A DNA stretch of 64,000 nucleotides from Coleofasciculaceae cyanobacterium (GCA_036703295.1 DATNPJ010000015.1:15994-79993); one strand, 5' to 3'; shown: positions 20,225 to 29,596, counted from the stretch's first letter. The notes: generated by a model from the sequence alone, not told the origin. Made by a program: numbers and translations.

Positions 20225-20252
20225 ATATCCCGCACGCAAGCACCGGAGCAAT
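20225..20252 (+). promoter_or_regulatory. Copy A of the conserved 28-nt motif ATATCCCGCaCGCAAGCACCGGAgCAAT, upstream of hypothetical gene 20268..20804
   Basis: A near-identical 28-mer (2 mismatches) recurs at 20947..20974, upstream of a second hypothetical gene. Confidence 0.5.
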
Positions 20253-20267
20253 TTCTCTTTTTCAGGA

Positions 20268-20804
20268 GTGTTTGGCATCCTATCAGGAGTAGTCAACAAG
20301 GTAACCAATATGTCGCTTTACTTTGGTCAATTGACGAGTCGCATCACGCCGGTCACGGGTGGTCAAAAAAAATCCCTGGAAGTCATCGCGAAAGGGGAGG
20401 CGCCGGGCTGGCGGGGAGAACGGACTGAATATTTGATCAGCGGACACATACCCGATGGTTCTCAAAACGAGCATGATAAGGCCAGCACGGTAGCCATGTT
20501 TAATTTGGACGGCCAAAAAACGGATTTTGCCTTCATTCCCCAACCCGATGGGAAACGAGTGCTGGTGATGCTCCATGATACGTCCCACGGAGTTGCTCTC
20601 GGTCATGGTCAGAGACAATTCTACCTGGACGCTCCCCCGAGAATTATGGATCGGTCTCAAAAACAAAAATTTGAAGATGCGAAAACCGTGTACTGGTACA
20701 TGCAACAACACTTTTCCGCCCCAACTATCACGAAGACATTGGGCAAATTGTGGAAAAATCTCCGCGGCGCATCCGCAAACCCACTTCGTAACAAAACAAA
20801 ATAA
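20268..20804 (+). CDS. Hypothetical protein (about 165-178 aa; start is GTG 20268 or ATG 20310)
   Basis: Long ORF divergent from pgi and preceded by the 28-nt motif. No recognisable domain. Confidence 0.5.
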   Translation: MFGILSGVVNKVTNMSLYFGQLTSRITPVTGGQKKSLEVIAKGEAPGWRGERTEYLISGHIPDGSQNEHDKASTVAMFNLDGQKTDFAFIPQPDGKRVLVMLHDTSHGVALGHGQRQFYLDAPPRIMDRSQKQKFEDAKTVYWYMQQHFSAPTITKTLGKLWKNLRGASANPLRNKTK

Positions 20805-20946
20805 TTCACACAAGGAGAAACCAGTGGGGAAACCGTGAACTGTCAGATTGCATACAGGCGCCCCTATGCCGTTAGCCCGTTCTACGGTAGAAAGTTCCAC
20901 TGGCAGGTCCCTCACTCTTTGTGCTATTAGTGTAGCCATTGATAAA

Positions 20947-20974
20947 ATATCCCGCGCGCAAGCACCGGATCAAT
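20947..20974 (+). promoter_or_regulatory. Copy B of the conserved 28-nt motif ATATCCCGCgCGCAAGCACCGGAtCAAT
   Basis: Lies 85 nt upstream of the ATG at 21059. Confidence 0.5.
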
Positions 20975-21058
20975 CAGGGGAATACCAGGGGTGGTTCAGC
21001 CTGAGGTCGGCTTCGGCGTGGCAGGGGCAGTTACGCGGAAACGTAGGAGAATAGGAAG

Positions 21059-21457
21059 ATGCGCATTACTTTTGGAAACTGGACGGGGGGGGCAACCCCG
21101 GGGATATCAAAAACCGGAAGCGGTGAACAGCGTCTCAGAAGCACACAAGAGGGACAGGATTTTCTCGTCAGTATTGAAGATGGCCGTGGTAGAGAAACGG
21201 ACTCCTTCCGGTTCACGTCGAAACACAAAGATGACGCCCAGGATAGAGCACCGAAAGCTCAAAAGAAGTTTTCCGAAATCAACGTGCATGTCACTGGCAG
21301 ACACAGGTTTTGGACCACAGTGGGCTTCCTCTCCTCCCCGGCGTTCCTGGAACGCACCAGGAATCCAGATTTTCTTCGGGCCACCGAGATTGCTGTGAAG
21401 GCTTACAAACAATTCACCGGCCATTCTGATGCTCCTGATTTTCCCACATTTGCCTAA
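21059..21457 (+). CDS. Hypothetical protein (132 aa)
   Basis: Strong SD (GGAGAATAGGAAG then ATG). The C-terminal H-x-S-x-AP segment is weakly similar to the C-terminus of the 20268 product. Confidence 0.5.
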   Translation: MRITFGNWTGGATPGISKTGSGEQRLRSTQEGQDFLVSIEDGRGRETDSFRFTSKHKDDAQDRAPKAQKKFSEINVHVTGRHRFWTTVGFLSSPAFLERTRNPDFLRATEIAVKAYKQFTGHSDAPDFPTFA

Positions 21458-21530
21458 TTAAGAACGGGCTAAACCGTAACTTCTCTTCAGCCAACCGATA
21501 GCAATCTCTTGCTTCGCCAGAGAAGCTTAT

Positions 21531-22514
21531 TCAAACATCCGTCGGCCGGGAGGCTTTTTTCAATGTGTGGCGCACATTGCGTTTCAGCCCGGTGATTTTG
21601 GCGCGCTTGACGGGGCTTTTGCAGTAGTGCTCCCGGAAGGCTTCTTCGTCCAACGCCAGCAGCGTTTCCGCATCGGGTTGCCGGTTCAGCGGGCGGGGCT
21701 GAAAGAGTGGCTCCTCCGTCGGGCGGGCAAACTTGAGGTTCCAGGGGCAGACATCCTGGCAGATGTCGCAGCCAAAAATCCAGCCGTTGAGTTTTTCAGT
21801 GATGGACTGCGGAAAGGTTTCCCCTTTGGATTCGATGGTCCAGTAGGAGATGCAGCGGTTGGCGTCCACCACACCGTCTCCCGCAATGGCATCGGTGGGG
21901 CAGGCATCCACGCAGCGTCGGCAACTGCCGCAATGGTTTGGCATGGCTGTTGTGTCCGGTTCCAGCTCGATATCCAGCAACAACTCCCCCAGAAATAGCC
22001 AGGAACCCGCATCCGGGGTGATCAGATTGCCGTTACGGCCCAGCCAGCCAATGCCCGCCTTCACCGCCAGCGGCTTTTCCATGATGGGCGCGCTGTCGGT
22101 CAGCGCCCGGCCCTGCGCGTCCGGGACCAGCTCCTGCACGTATGCCAGCAATGCCTTCAGACGGTCTTTCACAACATAATGGTAATCCGTGCCCCGCGCG
22201 TATTTGGCAATCTTCAACGCATCCGCATCCGTGGCATCATACTCATCCGGGGTGTAATAGTTCATCGCCACGCAGACGATGGACCGCGTACCGGGCATCA
22301 GGGCCGCCGGTTCCAGGCGTTTTTCCAGATGGGTGACCATCCAAGCCATCTCGGCCTGGTATCCCAAGGCCAGCCATTGCCGCAGATGCTCCCCGGTTTC
22401 ATCACCAAAGGGCTCCGCCGCGACAAGCCCGACCTTCTGAAAGCCAAGTTCCAGGGCCTTTTGCTTGATGAGCGCCGTCAACCGGCGCGGGTCGGGTCGT
22501 GCGGGATCAGACAT
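21531..22514 (-). CDS. queG: Epoxyqueuosine reductase (ORF is open to 22619; probable start is the MSDPARP Met at 22514)
   Basis: C-terminal 4Fe-4S ferredoxin motifs (CGSCRRCVDACPTDAI; CDICQDVCPWN) and the QueG N-terminal domain. Confidence 0.8.
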   Translation of the reverse strand: MSDPARPDPRRLTALIKQKALELGFQKVGLVAAEPFGDETGEHLRQWLALGYQAEMAWMVTHLEKRLEPAALMPGTRSIVCVAMNYYTPDEYDATDADALKIAKYARGTDYHYVVKDRLKALLAYVQELVPDAQGRALTDSAPIMEKPLAVKAGIGWLGRNGNLITPDAGSWLFLGELLLDIELEPDTTAMPNHCGSCRRCVDACPTDAIAGDGVVDANRCISYWTIESKGETFPQSITEKLNGWIFGCDICQDVCPWNLKFARPTEEPLFQPRPLNRQPDAETLLALDEEAFREHYCKSPVKRAKITGLKRNVRHTLKKASRPTDV

Positions 22515-22658
22515 ATCAGGCCCATTGTAAGGATCGGGGGGACTGCTGGCAAATACCGGGCTCAATCCGGCGTGAAAAATTGCACCGGACTGGCAAAACC
22601 CCAGATGGTAAAAGAGCACCCAGGTGGGTGCTCTTTTGAAATGGCTGCGTGTCGGCAG

Positions 22659-22907
22659 TCAGCTTCGCCCGCGATGCTTCGTACCTTGTTCGACGGCACC
22701 GAACTGGGCCTCGCTTCGCTGTGCCTGCTGATCGCCCCGGACTTCCCCATGTCCCGACAGCGGAGTCCCGCCATCGTCAAACATGTCGTCTGGAAGCTCA
22801 TCATGAGGCATCGGTTCTGACTCCGGCCCTCCTTCGGAAGGGTGCGGCGAAGACCCATCCGGCGCACGGTGCAACAGTTCGTTGATTTCTTCCCGTTCCT
22901 TCTCCAT
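22659..22907 (-). CDS. Small acidic hypothetical protein (about 82 aa), uncertain
   Basis: SD GGAGGA sits 8 nt upstream of ATG (MEKEREEINELL...). It lies downstream of the KGG-repeat gene. No recognisable domain. Confidence 0.3.
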   Translation of the reverse strand: MEKEREEINELLHRAPDGSSPHPSEGGPESEPMPHDELPDDMFDDGGTPLSGHGEVRGDQQAQRSEAQFGAVEQGTKHRGRS

Positions 22908-22988
22908 CGGAGCATCCTCCGCAATCCCAACCGAATTTTCTGGACACATCAAGGACTTTAAGCCGTTCAACCTTTCTTCCGGCTTTTC

Positions 22989-23198
22989 TTAGGCGCCACT
23001 TTTGGCAGAGCGGCCTCGTCCGCTGGCTTGCCCTCCTTTGCGTCCGGCAGCCGCCGCTTCTTCCGGTGTGAACTCGTGAGCGGTGCCTTTCTCATGAGCG
23101 GCTTTACCGCCCTTGCTGGCAATGGCCCGCTGCTTTTCCGGGTCCATGGAAGCGAAACCCCGTTTGCTGGTCCCTGATTTCTCTTTTGTATTCGGCAT
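22989..23198 (-). CDS. KGG-repeat general stress protein (con-10/YciG-like, 69 aa)
   Basis: Repeated KGG/RKGG motifs (ASKGGKAAHEKG, GRKGGQASGRGR). SD AGGAGG is directly upstream. Confidence 0.7.
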   Translation of the reverse strand: MPNTKEKSGTSKRGFASMDPEKQRAIASKGGKAAHEKGTAHEFTPEEAAAAGRKGGQASGRGRSAKSGA

Positions 23199-23456
23199 TA
23201 TAAACCTCCTGAGTGCTGAAATTAGTAGAGCTACTCACTATCTCCGGAGCCAAGTCTGCTGGAAATTAAGCCATATTATGGAGGTGCCTCGGCCATTGTT
23301 CAATTCGCCATCAGGAGAGATTCGGGATGACGATGGGCTAGTCCTTGTGGGCACACCGGTCGTTCAAGCAGGAACATGCCATGCCCGAAGCCCATCCGCT
23401 GTGTACGCCTGAGCCAAGCCTTTGCCATCATCCCTTGGGTTCGGTAAGATAGGCCC

Positions 23457-24173
23457 ATGACCGCGACGCTTTACGACATTTCAGTGCCAATCTCGGAAAA
23501 TCTGGTCTCCTGGCCCGGAGATCCGGGTATCACCGTCGAGCACTCGCTGGACCTCGATCGTGGCGATCCGGCCACAGTGTCCCTGCTGCGGATGGGCTCT
23601 CATACCGGCACCCATGTGGACGCCTTCTCCCACTTCAAGGCGGACGGCAAAAACCTGGACGAGATGGATTTATCCCGCTATATCGGTCGGGCGCTGGTCG
23701 TTGAGATTGAAGATCCGCAGTCCATTACCTTGGGCGAACTGCAACGCAATCCGCACTTCCTGGATATCCGAAAGGCCGAGCGGGTGCTGTTCAAGACCAC
23801 CAATTCCGAACGGGAATGGTACCGGGAGCCTTTTAACGAGCAATTTTGCCACATCAATCCCCATGCGGCGGATTTCCTGATTGAGCTGGGCGTGAAACTG
23901 GTGGGCATCGATTATCTTTCAGTGGAAGGCTACCACGCGAAAGAGGCCTACCACGAGGACGCGCCGACCCACCATCGCCTGTTGGACGCCGGGGTGTACA
24001 TTTTAGAAGGATTGTTCCTGAAAGATATCAAGCCCGGCTGGTACGAACTCATCTGCCTGCCCCTGAAGCTGAGTAACGGCGACGGCGCTCCCGCCCGCGT
24101 GGTGCTGCGCGATTGGAAACAGGTAGCGGGATCTGCCTCTTCCCAGGAGCAAGCCGGCAATCGGAACCGCTGA
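23457..24173 (+). CDS. Cyclase-family hydrolase (kynurenine formamidase-like metal-dependent hydrolase)
   Basis: HxGTHxDxxxH motif (GSHTGTHVDAFSHF), characteristic of the putative cyclase/KynB family. Confidence 0.75.
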   Translation: MTATLYDISVPISENLVSWPGDPGITVEHSLDLDRGDPATVSLLRMGSHTGTHVDAFSHFKADGKNLDEMDLSRYIGRALVVEIEDPQSITLGELQRNPHFLDIRKAERVLFKTTNSEREWYREPFNEQFCHINPHAADFLIELGVKLVGIDYLSVEGYHAKEAYHEDAPTHHRLLDAGVYILEGLFLKDIKPGWYELICLPLKLSNGDGAPARVVLRDWKQVAGSASSQEQAGNRNR

Positions 24174-24175
24174 CG

Positions 24176-24832
24176 ATGGGAACCGTAGAATCGAGATCCT
24201 CCGTCAAAAGCCTGTTGAACATCTTTTCCAAGGAGAAGCTGATTGGCATTGTGCGGACCGAATCGGCAGACAGCGCCCTGTGGGCGGCCAGCCAATTGCT
24301 GGAGGCGGGTTTTCGACTGATTGAGATTCCGTTTACTGTGCCTGAAACCCCACAAGTCATCGAAGCCCTGTGCGAGCGCTTCCCGGAGGCAGTCATCGGG
24401 GCAGGAACGGTGCTGGAGGCCAAACAGGCCGTGCAGGCGCTGGGCGCGGGAGCGCAATTTTTGGTGGCCCCGGTGCTGAACGAGCCGCTGATCCAGTTCG
24501 GACTGGAGCAGGACATTTTTGTGTTGCCCGGATGCGCCACCCCGACTGAAATTTATCGGGCCCACACGCTGGGTGCTCCCGCCGCGAAATTCTTCCCCGC
24601 CGGAGCCATGGGCGGACCAGCCTTTCTCAAGGCCATTCGGGATCCGCTGCCCACGATTCCCATCGTGCCCACCGGCGGGGTTACGCTGGAACAAGTCCCC
24701 GAGTATCTGTCGGCAGGGGCGCTTGCCGTCGGCGTAGGCGGGCCGCTGCTGCCCAAGGACGTGATTGCCCATCGCGATGCCGACACCCTGCAACAACGCG
24801 CCAAAGCCTACCTGCTGTCAAAAGGAGCCTAA
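24176..24832 (+). CDS. eda: 2-dehydro-3-deoxy-phosphogluconate (KDPG)/KHG aldolase
   Basis: Eda family motifs (GIVRTESAD..., IEIPFTVPE, GAGTVL, VPTGGV). Its start sits 2 nt after the upstream stop (TGAcgATG). Confidence 0.85.
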   Translation: MGTVESRSSVKSLLNIFSKEKLIGIVRTESADSALWAASQLLEAGFRLIEIPFTVPETPQVIEALCERFPEAVIGAGTVLEAKQAVQALGAGAQFLVAPVLNEPLIQFGLEQDIFVLPGCATPTEIYRAHTLGAPAAKFFPAGAMGGPAFLKAIRDPLPTIPIVPTGGVTLEQVPEYLSAGALAVGVGGPLLPKDVIAHRDADTLQQRAKAYLLSKGA

Positions 24833-24836
24833 TTGG

Positions 24837-25661
24837 ATGAATCAACTACTGCTCTCATCCTATGTCCAGTTGTTTTCTTGTATACAAAGTAAAATTGGGG
24901 CTACGGGAAATCGAGCTTGTCTGAAGAAAGAGTATGCACTTCTTTTCAATAAAATTCTCAATGATTGTGTTGCCTGTATTATCCTGACAAACGGCATTCC
25001 CAATACTTTAACGTTACCATGTGCAGCGGCACCAGAAATGATTATGCGCTCCATAAATGAGTCAGTCATAACACTAAAGTATTTAATCAAATACAGTACT
25101 GACCCTGATAAGCTTGAACAGTATAAAGATAATGCTTTTATTGAAAGGTTGAAGGATATCGCAAAGAGTCTCCAATACGGCTTTTATGACGACATGGACC
25201 ATACAAAACTGTTGGATATAACCGAGAAAATAATCAAAAAGAGGGGGCCAGATCTTCAACGTGAAGAGCTATTAGACTTTAATAAGCTCCGCAAAATCTC
25301 ATACTTTCCAGATTATAGAGCTTGCGTGAAAGATTTAAAAGATGACTTTACCTCATCTGATTTCGTGGGCGTTTATTTGACAGCTTATAGTATAGGCTCC
25401 CAATTGATACACGCAAATCCACTATCTATAGTTGAGCATTATTTTGGTGAAATCATCTTTGCTGACACTTTGCCTTTTTCAGGAGATAGCATCCTGCAAG
25501 GTACTCTTCACAGCCTACTAGTTTCTTCAAATGATATTGACAAACTACTGGTCACAACTATTGATCTTGCCAATACAGAAGAATTTAAAGAATTGTATAG
25601 ATTGCTTTATCCCTCAACAACAATCCAGAATTCAGAAAAGATAAGCTTACAAAGCACTTAG
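24837..25661 (+). CDS. AT-rich orphan gene (274 aa) of unknown function, inserted within the sugar-acid operon
   Basis: SD AAAGGAG sits 7 nt upstream of the ATG. Base composition drops sharply to about 35-40% GC against about 60% for the neighbours. No recognisable motif. Confidence 0.6.
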   Translation: MNQLLLSSYVQLFSCIQSKIGATGNRACLKKEYALLFNKILNDCVACIILTNGIPNTLTLPCAAAPEMIMRSINESVITLKYLIKYSTDPDKLEQYKDNAFIERLKDIAKSLQYGFYDDMDHTKLLDITEKIIKKRGPDLQREELLDFNKLRKISYFPDYRACVKDLKDDFTSSDFVGVYLTAYSIGSQLIHANPLSIVEHYFGEIIFADTLPFSGDSILQGTLHSLLVSSNDIDKLLVTTIDLANTEEFKELYRLLYPSTTIQNSEKISLQST

Positions 25662-25667
25662 GTATTT

Positions 25668-27449
25668 ATGGCAAAGACACCTTCTCCTAGCAAACTTGGA
25701 CGGCAGCAGTCCCCGGAAGCGGACTCCTTGCGCATGGGCTGCGGTTGGGGGCGGCGGGAAGCGGATCAGCCCTGGGTTCTGATTGAAACCACCAGTGGGG
25801 ATTCCCATCCCGGCTCGGTGCATTTGGGAGAGCTGGCCCAATATGTAGATAAAGGCGTGGTCGCCGCCGGTGGTACCCCCGCCCATTACACCTGCACCGA
25901 TATCTGTGACGGCATCGCCCAAGGCACGGCGGGGCAGCATTATTCCCTACCATCGCGGGAAGTGATGGTGATGGCCAGCGAAATGCACGCCCGCTCGGGG
26001 CATTTCGACGGCATCGTGTTTCTCTCGGGCTGCGATAAATCCCTGCCCGCCCATCTGATGGCCGCTTTAAGGCTGGATATACCATCGATTGTGGTCCCTG
26101 GCGGGGTGATGGAGGCCGGTCCCGAAGGCTTTACCCTGGAAGGCGTAGGCACCATCTACGCCCAGAAGCGCCGGGGAGAAATCAACGATGCCACTTACGA
26201 ATTCCTGCGATCGAGCGCCTGCCCCTCGGCGGGTTCTTGTGCCTTTTTCGGCACGGCGGCCACTATGCAGTTGCTGTCGGAAGTGATTGGGCTGGCCATG
26301 CCAGCCACCGCCCTGATTCCGGCTCATCTCAACGCCTTGAAAGACGCGGCCCGGCAAGCCGGAAAGCGAGTGCTGGAATTAATCCAGGAAGACCTGCGGC
26401 CCTCCCGCATTTTTACCCAAGAGGCCCTGGAGAACGCGCTGATTGTGCACGCTGCCACCGGCGGCTCCACCAACGCGCTGATTCACTTAGCCGCAATGAC
26501 GCAAGAGGCCAACAAAAACGGAGCGGGACTGGAATTTTCTTACGAGCGCATCAATGAAATCAACCGGCAGGTGCCATTTATCTTGAATCTGAAGCCGTCC
26601 GGCAAGTTTACTTCCGATAAAATCTGGTATGCGGGCGGCGTCTACCGGATTTTGAAAGAATTACGTGATTTCCTGAACCTGGATACCATGACTGTGACTG
26701 GCCTGACGCTGGGCGAGAATCTGGAAGTCCTGGAAAAGACCGGACATTTTTCCAACATGCCACGCTTTCTGGCCAATTACGGCGGCCGGGTAGAGGACAT
26801 CATCCGCCCCGTTGCCGAGCCATTGCGCCCGGAGGGAGCCATTCGCATCCTGTTCGGAAATCTGGCGCCTCAGGGGGCGGTGATTAAAACCTCGGCCTTG
26901 TCGCCGGAAATGCGGCGCTTCAAAGGGCGGGCGCGGGTCTTTGATGAGCAGGACTCGGCCCGAGAAGCGGTTTTGACCGGAAAAATCCGACCAGGTGACG
27001 CGGTGATTATCCGCTACGAGGGACCAGGAGCAACCGGCATGCCGGAACAGTTCTATATCACGGAGGCTATCGCCTCAAATCCCTTGCTCGCAACCACCAC
27101 GGCGTTGATTACGGACGGGCGTTTCTCCGGGGCCACCCGAGGACCAGCGATTGGACATGTAACTCCGGAAGCGGCCCACGGAGGGGCGATCGCCCTGGTC
27201 GAGAATAATGATCTGGTTTGCTTTGATCTGGAAGCGGGTACATTGAATATAATAGGGAAAGTCGCGGAAAATTTGGATTGCGAGCAATCGCCGGCGGAAG
27301 TGGAGAGCGTGCTCCGTGAGCGACAGCAGCGGCTTTCGGCAACTAATGCAAGACAGCGTCCAAGGTATGACAACGGATTACTGGGCTTATATTGTCGCTA
27401 CGCCCTCCCGGCGAGCGAAGGAGGCGGATTATCGATATTATCTCCATAG
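25668..27449 (+). CDS. IlvD/EDD-family dehydratase (sugar-acid dehydratase or dihydroxy-acid dehydratase type)
   Basis: N-terminal arginine-rich IlvD/EDD segment. Also CDKSLP (Fe-S Cys ligand region), GGSTN and SGAT motifs. Confidence 0.85.
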   Translation: MAKTPSPSKLGRQQSPEADSLRMGCGWGRREADQPWVLIETTSGDSHPGSVHLGELAQYVDKGVVAAGGTPAHYTCTDICDGIAQGTAGQHYSLPSREVMVMASEMHARSGHFDGIVFLSGCDKSLPAHLMAALRLDIPSIVVPGGVMEAGPEGFTLEGVGTIYAQKRRGEINDATYEFLRSSACPSAGSCAFFGTAATMQLLSEVIGLAMPATALIPAHLNALKDAARQAGKRVLELIQEDLRPSRIFTQEALENALIVHAATGGSTNALIHLAAMTQEANKNGAGLEFSYERINEINRQVPFILNLKPSGKFTSDKIWYAGGVYRILKELRDFLNLDTMTVTGLTLGENLEVLEKTGHFSNMPRFLANYGGRVEDIIRPVAEPLRPEGAIRILFGNLAPQGAVIKTSALSPEMRRFKGRARVFDEQDSAREAVLTGKIRPGDAVIIRYEGPGATGMPEQFYITEAIASNPLLATTTALITDGRFSGATRGPAIGHVTPEAAHGGAIALVENNDLVCFDLEAGTLNIIGKVAENLDCEQSPAEVESVLRERQQRLSATNARQRPRYDNGLLGLYCRYALPASEGGGLSILSP

Positions 27450-28360
27450 GTGAAGGTATGCTGGAACTCTCCTGCGAGGGAGATCTACGGCATGCGCGTA
27501 ATTTCACCAGAAATTTTGGCGGTGACACCCTCAATACGGCTGTTGCGGCCCAGAGATTAGGCTCCAGCGTGGCCTACATCACCCGCCTGGGTAACGACGC
27601 CTTTGCCCTGGCCCTCCAGGAGTCGATGCTGAAAGAGGGCATCCAGATTATGTCCAGCCGGGCGGCAAAGGGAACGACCGGAATGTACTTCGTCTCGGTG
27701 GATGGCGAGGGTGAGCGCGAATTCGTTTATCACCGGCAGAACAGCGCCGCCAGCTACCTGGGGCCTGAAGATATCAACCCTGATGTGATTAAAAGCGCGA
27801 AAATCGTTTATTCCTCCGGGATTACGATGGCCATTTCGGACAGCGCCCGCAAGGCGGTGGTCAAAGCATTCAAGATTGCGCGGGAAGCGGGCATCATGAC
27901 TGCTTTTGATCCCAACTACCGGGATATTCTCTGGCACAGCGAAGAGAAAGCGGTGGATGCCCTGAATGAAATTCTGCCGCTGACGGATATTATCCTGCCT
28001 TCCTTCCCGGAAGATACCGCTATGATTGGCTTCAAACGCCCGGAGCAGGTCCTGGACTACTTCCAGTTCAAGGGCGTCAAGCTGGTGGTGGTGAAAGCGG
28101 GTTCTCAGGGCTGTTTAGTCGGATATAAGCGCGAAGTCCAGAAGGTCGCCGCCATGCCAATCAAGGCCGTGGATACCACCGGGGCGGGCGACGCCTTTAA
28201 CGGTGGCTTCCTGCATGGCTTGGCCACGGATGAGAGCCTGATCAACTGCGCCCGTTTCGCGGTCACCACGGCGGGCTTGAAGGTCCTGAACCGAGGATCC
28301 GCCGCTGCCATGCCGATGCGCGACGCCGTCTACAGCCGCGCCTTCAGCTACGCGCATTAA
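27392..28360 (+). CDS. kdgK: PfkB-family sugar kinase, 2-dehydro-3-deoxygluconokinase-like (start uncertain; SD GAAGGAGG at 27416-27423)
   Basis: N-terminal IISIGEGMLELS and C-terminal DTTGAGDAFNGGFL carry the PfkB signatures. Confidence 0.8.
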   Translation: MSLRPPGERRRRIIDIISIGEGMLELSCEGDLRHARNFTRNFGGDTLNTAVAAQRLGSSVAYITRLGNDAFALALQESMLKEGIQIMSSRAAKGTTGMYFVSVDGEGEREFVYHRQNSAASYLGPEDINPDVIKSAKIVYSSGITMAISDSARKAVVKAFKIAREAGIMTAFDPNYRDILWHSEEKAVDALNEILPLTDIILPSFPEDTAMIGFKRPEQVLDYFQFKGVKLVVVKAGSQGCLVGYKREVQKVAAMPIKAVDTTGAGDAFNGGFLHGLATDESLINCARFAVTTAGLKVLNRGSAAAMPMRDAVYSRAFSYAH

Positions 28361-28428
28361 AAAAAGCGAACACCGCCGCAAGAGATTTAGGGGGCAGTAT
28401 CTGCCCTATTTCCCGTGGTGGCCGGGTA

Positions 28429-28899
28429 TCATCCAACAGCCTCACCACTCCAGGGTTTGAGGGCCTCCAGGATGGCTTTTGGGGTCACCACGTGAGCAGG
28501 CAACACGATCTCCCCGCTAGGGTTGATGGCATATACCGCCCGGCCGGTAATGAACTTGGGCAGCCACATGGCCTGGTACGGCTTGGCTGCACGGCAGCTG
28601 ACATCGAACAGCAGCGGGAACGGGATTTGAAGGCGGTGACCCAGATTGTGCAAGCTTTCCCAATTGATGGCGCTGAGGGCCAGCACTTCAATGCCGGATT
28701 CCCGGAATCGCGGATAGGCGTCCGCATAGGTTTTCAGCAAGCGGAGATCACCCGGCAGCCAATCGGATGCAAAAAATAGCAGAACCAGGCTTTTTTGGCC
28801 GGAAAAATCATCCAGCCCGATGCTGCGGCCATGCTGATCCAGCAGCCGGAAGGCGGGGGCCGGAGTGCCCGGTTTTAATAAAGGCATTAGCAATGACAT
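28429..28899 (-). CDS. Redoxin/AhpC-TSA-fold protein lacking the peroxidatic cysteine (CxxC/TxxC replaced by SDWLPGD)
   Basis: LKPGTPAPAFRLLDQHG...LLFFASDWLP keeps the thioredoxin-fold peroxiredoxin layout, but no Cys sits at the active-site position. Confidence 0.6.
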   Translation of the reverse strand: MSLLMPLLKPGTPAPAFRLLDQHGRSIGLDDFSGQKSLVLLFFASDWLPGDLRLLKTYADAYPRFRESGIEVLALSAINWESLHNLGHRLQIPFPLLFDVSCRAAKPYQAMWLPKFITGRAVYAINPSGEIVLPAHVVTPKAILEALKPWSGEAVG

Positions 28900-29071
28900 G
28901 AGCGGTTCCTGGGTGCTTCTGGTACGAATGGGCACATGCCGCCTGGGACAATCGATTGAGTTATTTTATCCCGGTGGAATCGGTGGGAGCAAAAGTGCCG
29001 CTTGAAAAATCGGCGTCTTCATACTAACAATATCCTATTGTTCTCGTGTTGATTGTTTAGGAGATTAATTC

Positions 29072-29596
29072 ATGGTTGCACAAGTTGGAAAACCCGCTCC
29101 TGAGTTTACGACCCAGGCTTATGCCAATGGCGACATCAAACAGGTTTCCCTCGCTGATTACAAAGGCAAATGGGTGGTTCTGTTCTTCTACCCGTTGGAT
29201 TTCACTTTCGTTTGCCCCACCGAAATCATCGGCTTCAGCCAGAAGAGAGCTGAATTCGACAAGCTGAACGCTCAAATCCTGGGTGCCAGCGTGGATAGCG
29301 TCTACTCCCACAAAGCTTGGAGCGAAGGCGACTTGGGCAAGGTGGACTTCCCTCTGCTGTCCGACATCAACCACCGCATCAGCCGCGACTACGGCGTGCT
29401 GCTGGAAGACAAGGGCATCAGCCTCCGTGGCGTGTTCCTGATCGATCCGGACGGCATCCTGCGCAGCTACCTGGTCAACGATCTTTCCGTGGGCCGCAAC
29501 GTGGATGAAATCATCCGCCTGCTGCAAGCCTTCCAATCCGGCGAACTTTGCCCGGTTGGCTGGAAGCCCGGCGAAAAAACTCTCGGCAAAGCCTAG
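29072..29596 (+). CDS. 2-Cys peroxiredoxin (AhpC/Prx family)
   Basis: [15 protein letters not shown] carries the peroxidatic Cys; C-terminal GELCPVGW carries the resolving Cys. SD AGGAGA lies upstream. Confidence 0.85.
   Translation: MVAQVGKPAPEFTTQAYANGDIKQVSLADYKGKWVVLFFYPLDFTFVCPTEIIGFSQKRAEFDKLNAQILGASVDSVYSHKAWSEGDLGKVDFPLLSDINHRISRDYGVLLEDKGISLRGVFLIDPDGILRSYLVNDLSVGRNVDEIIRLLQAFQSGELCPVGWKPGEKTLGKA

Noticed and set aside
20991-21398. 135-aa ORF starting with GTG 17 nt after motif copy B
   Set aside because: The product is Arg-rich nonsense and lacks an RBS. The overlapping frame at 21059 has a strong SD and a plausible product.
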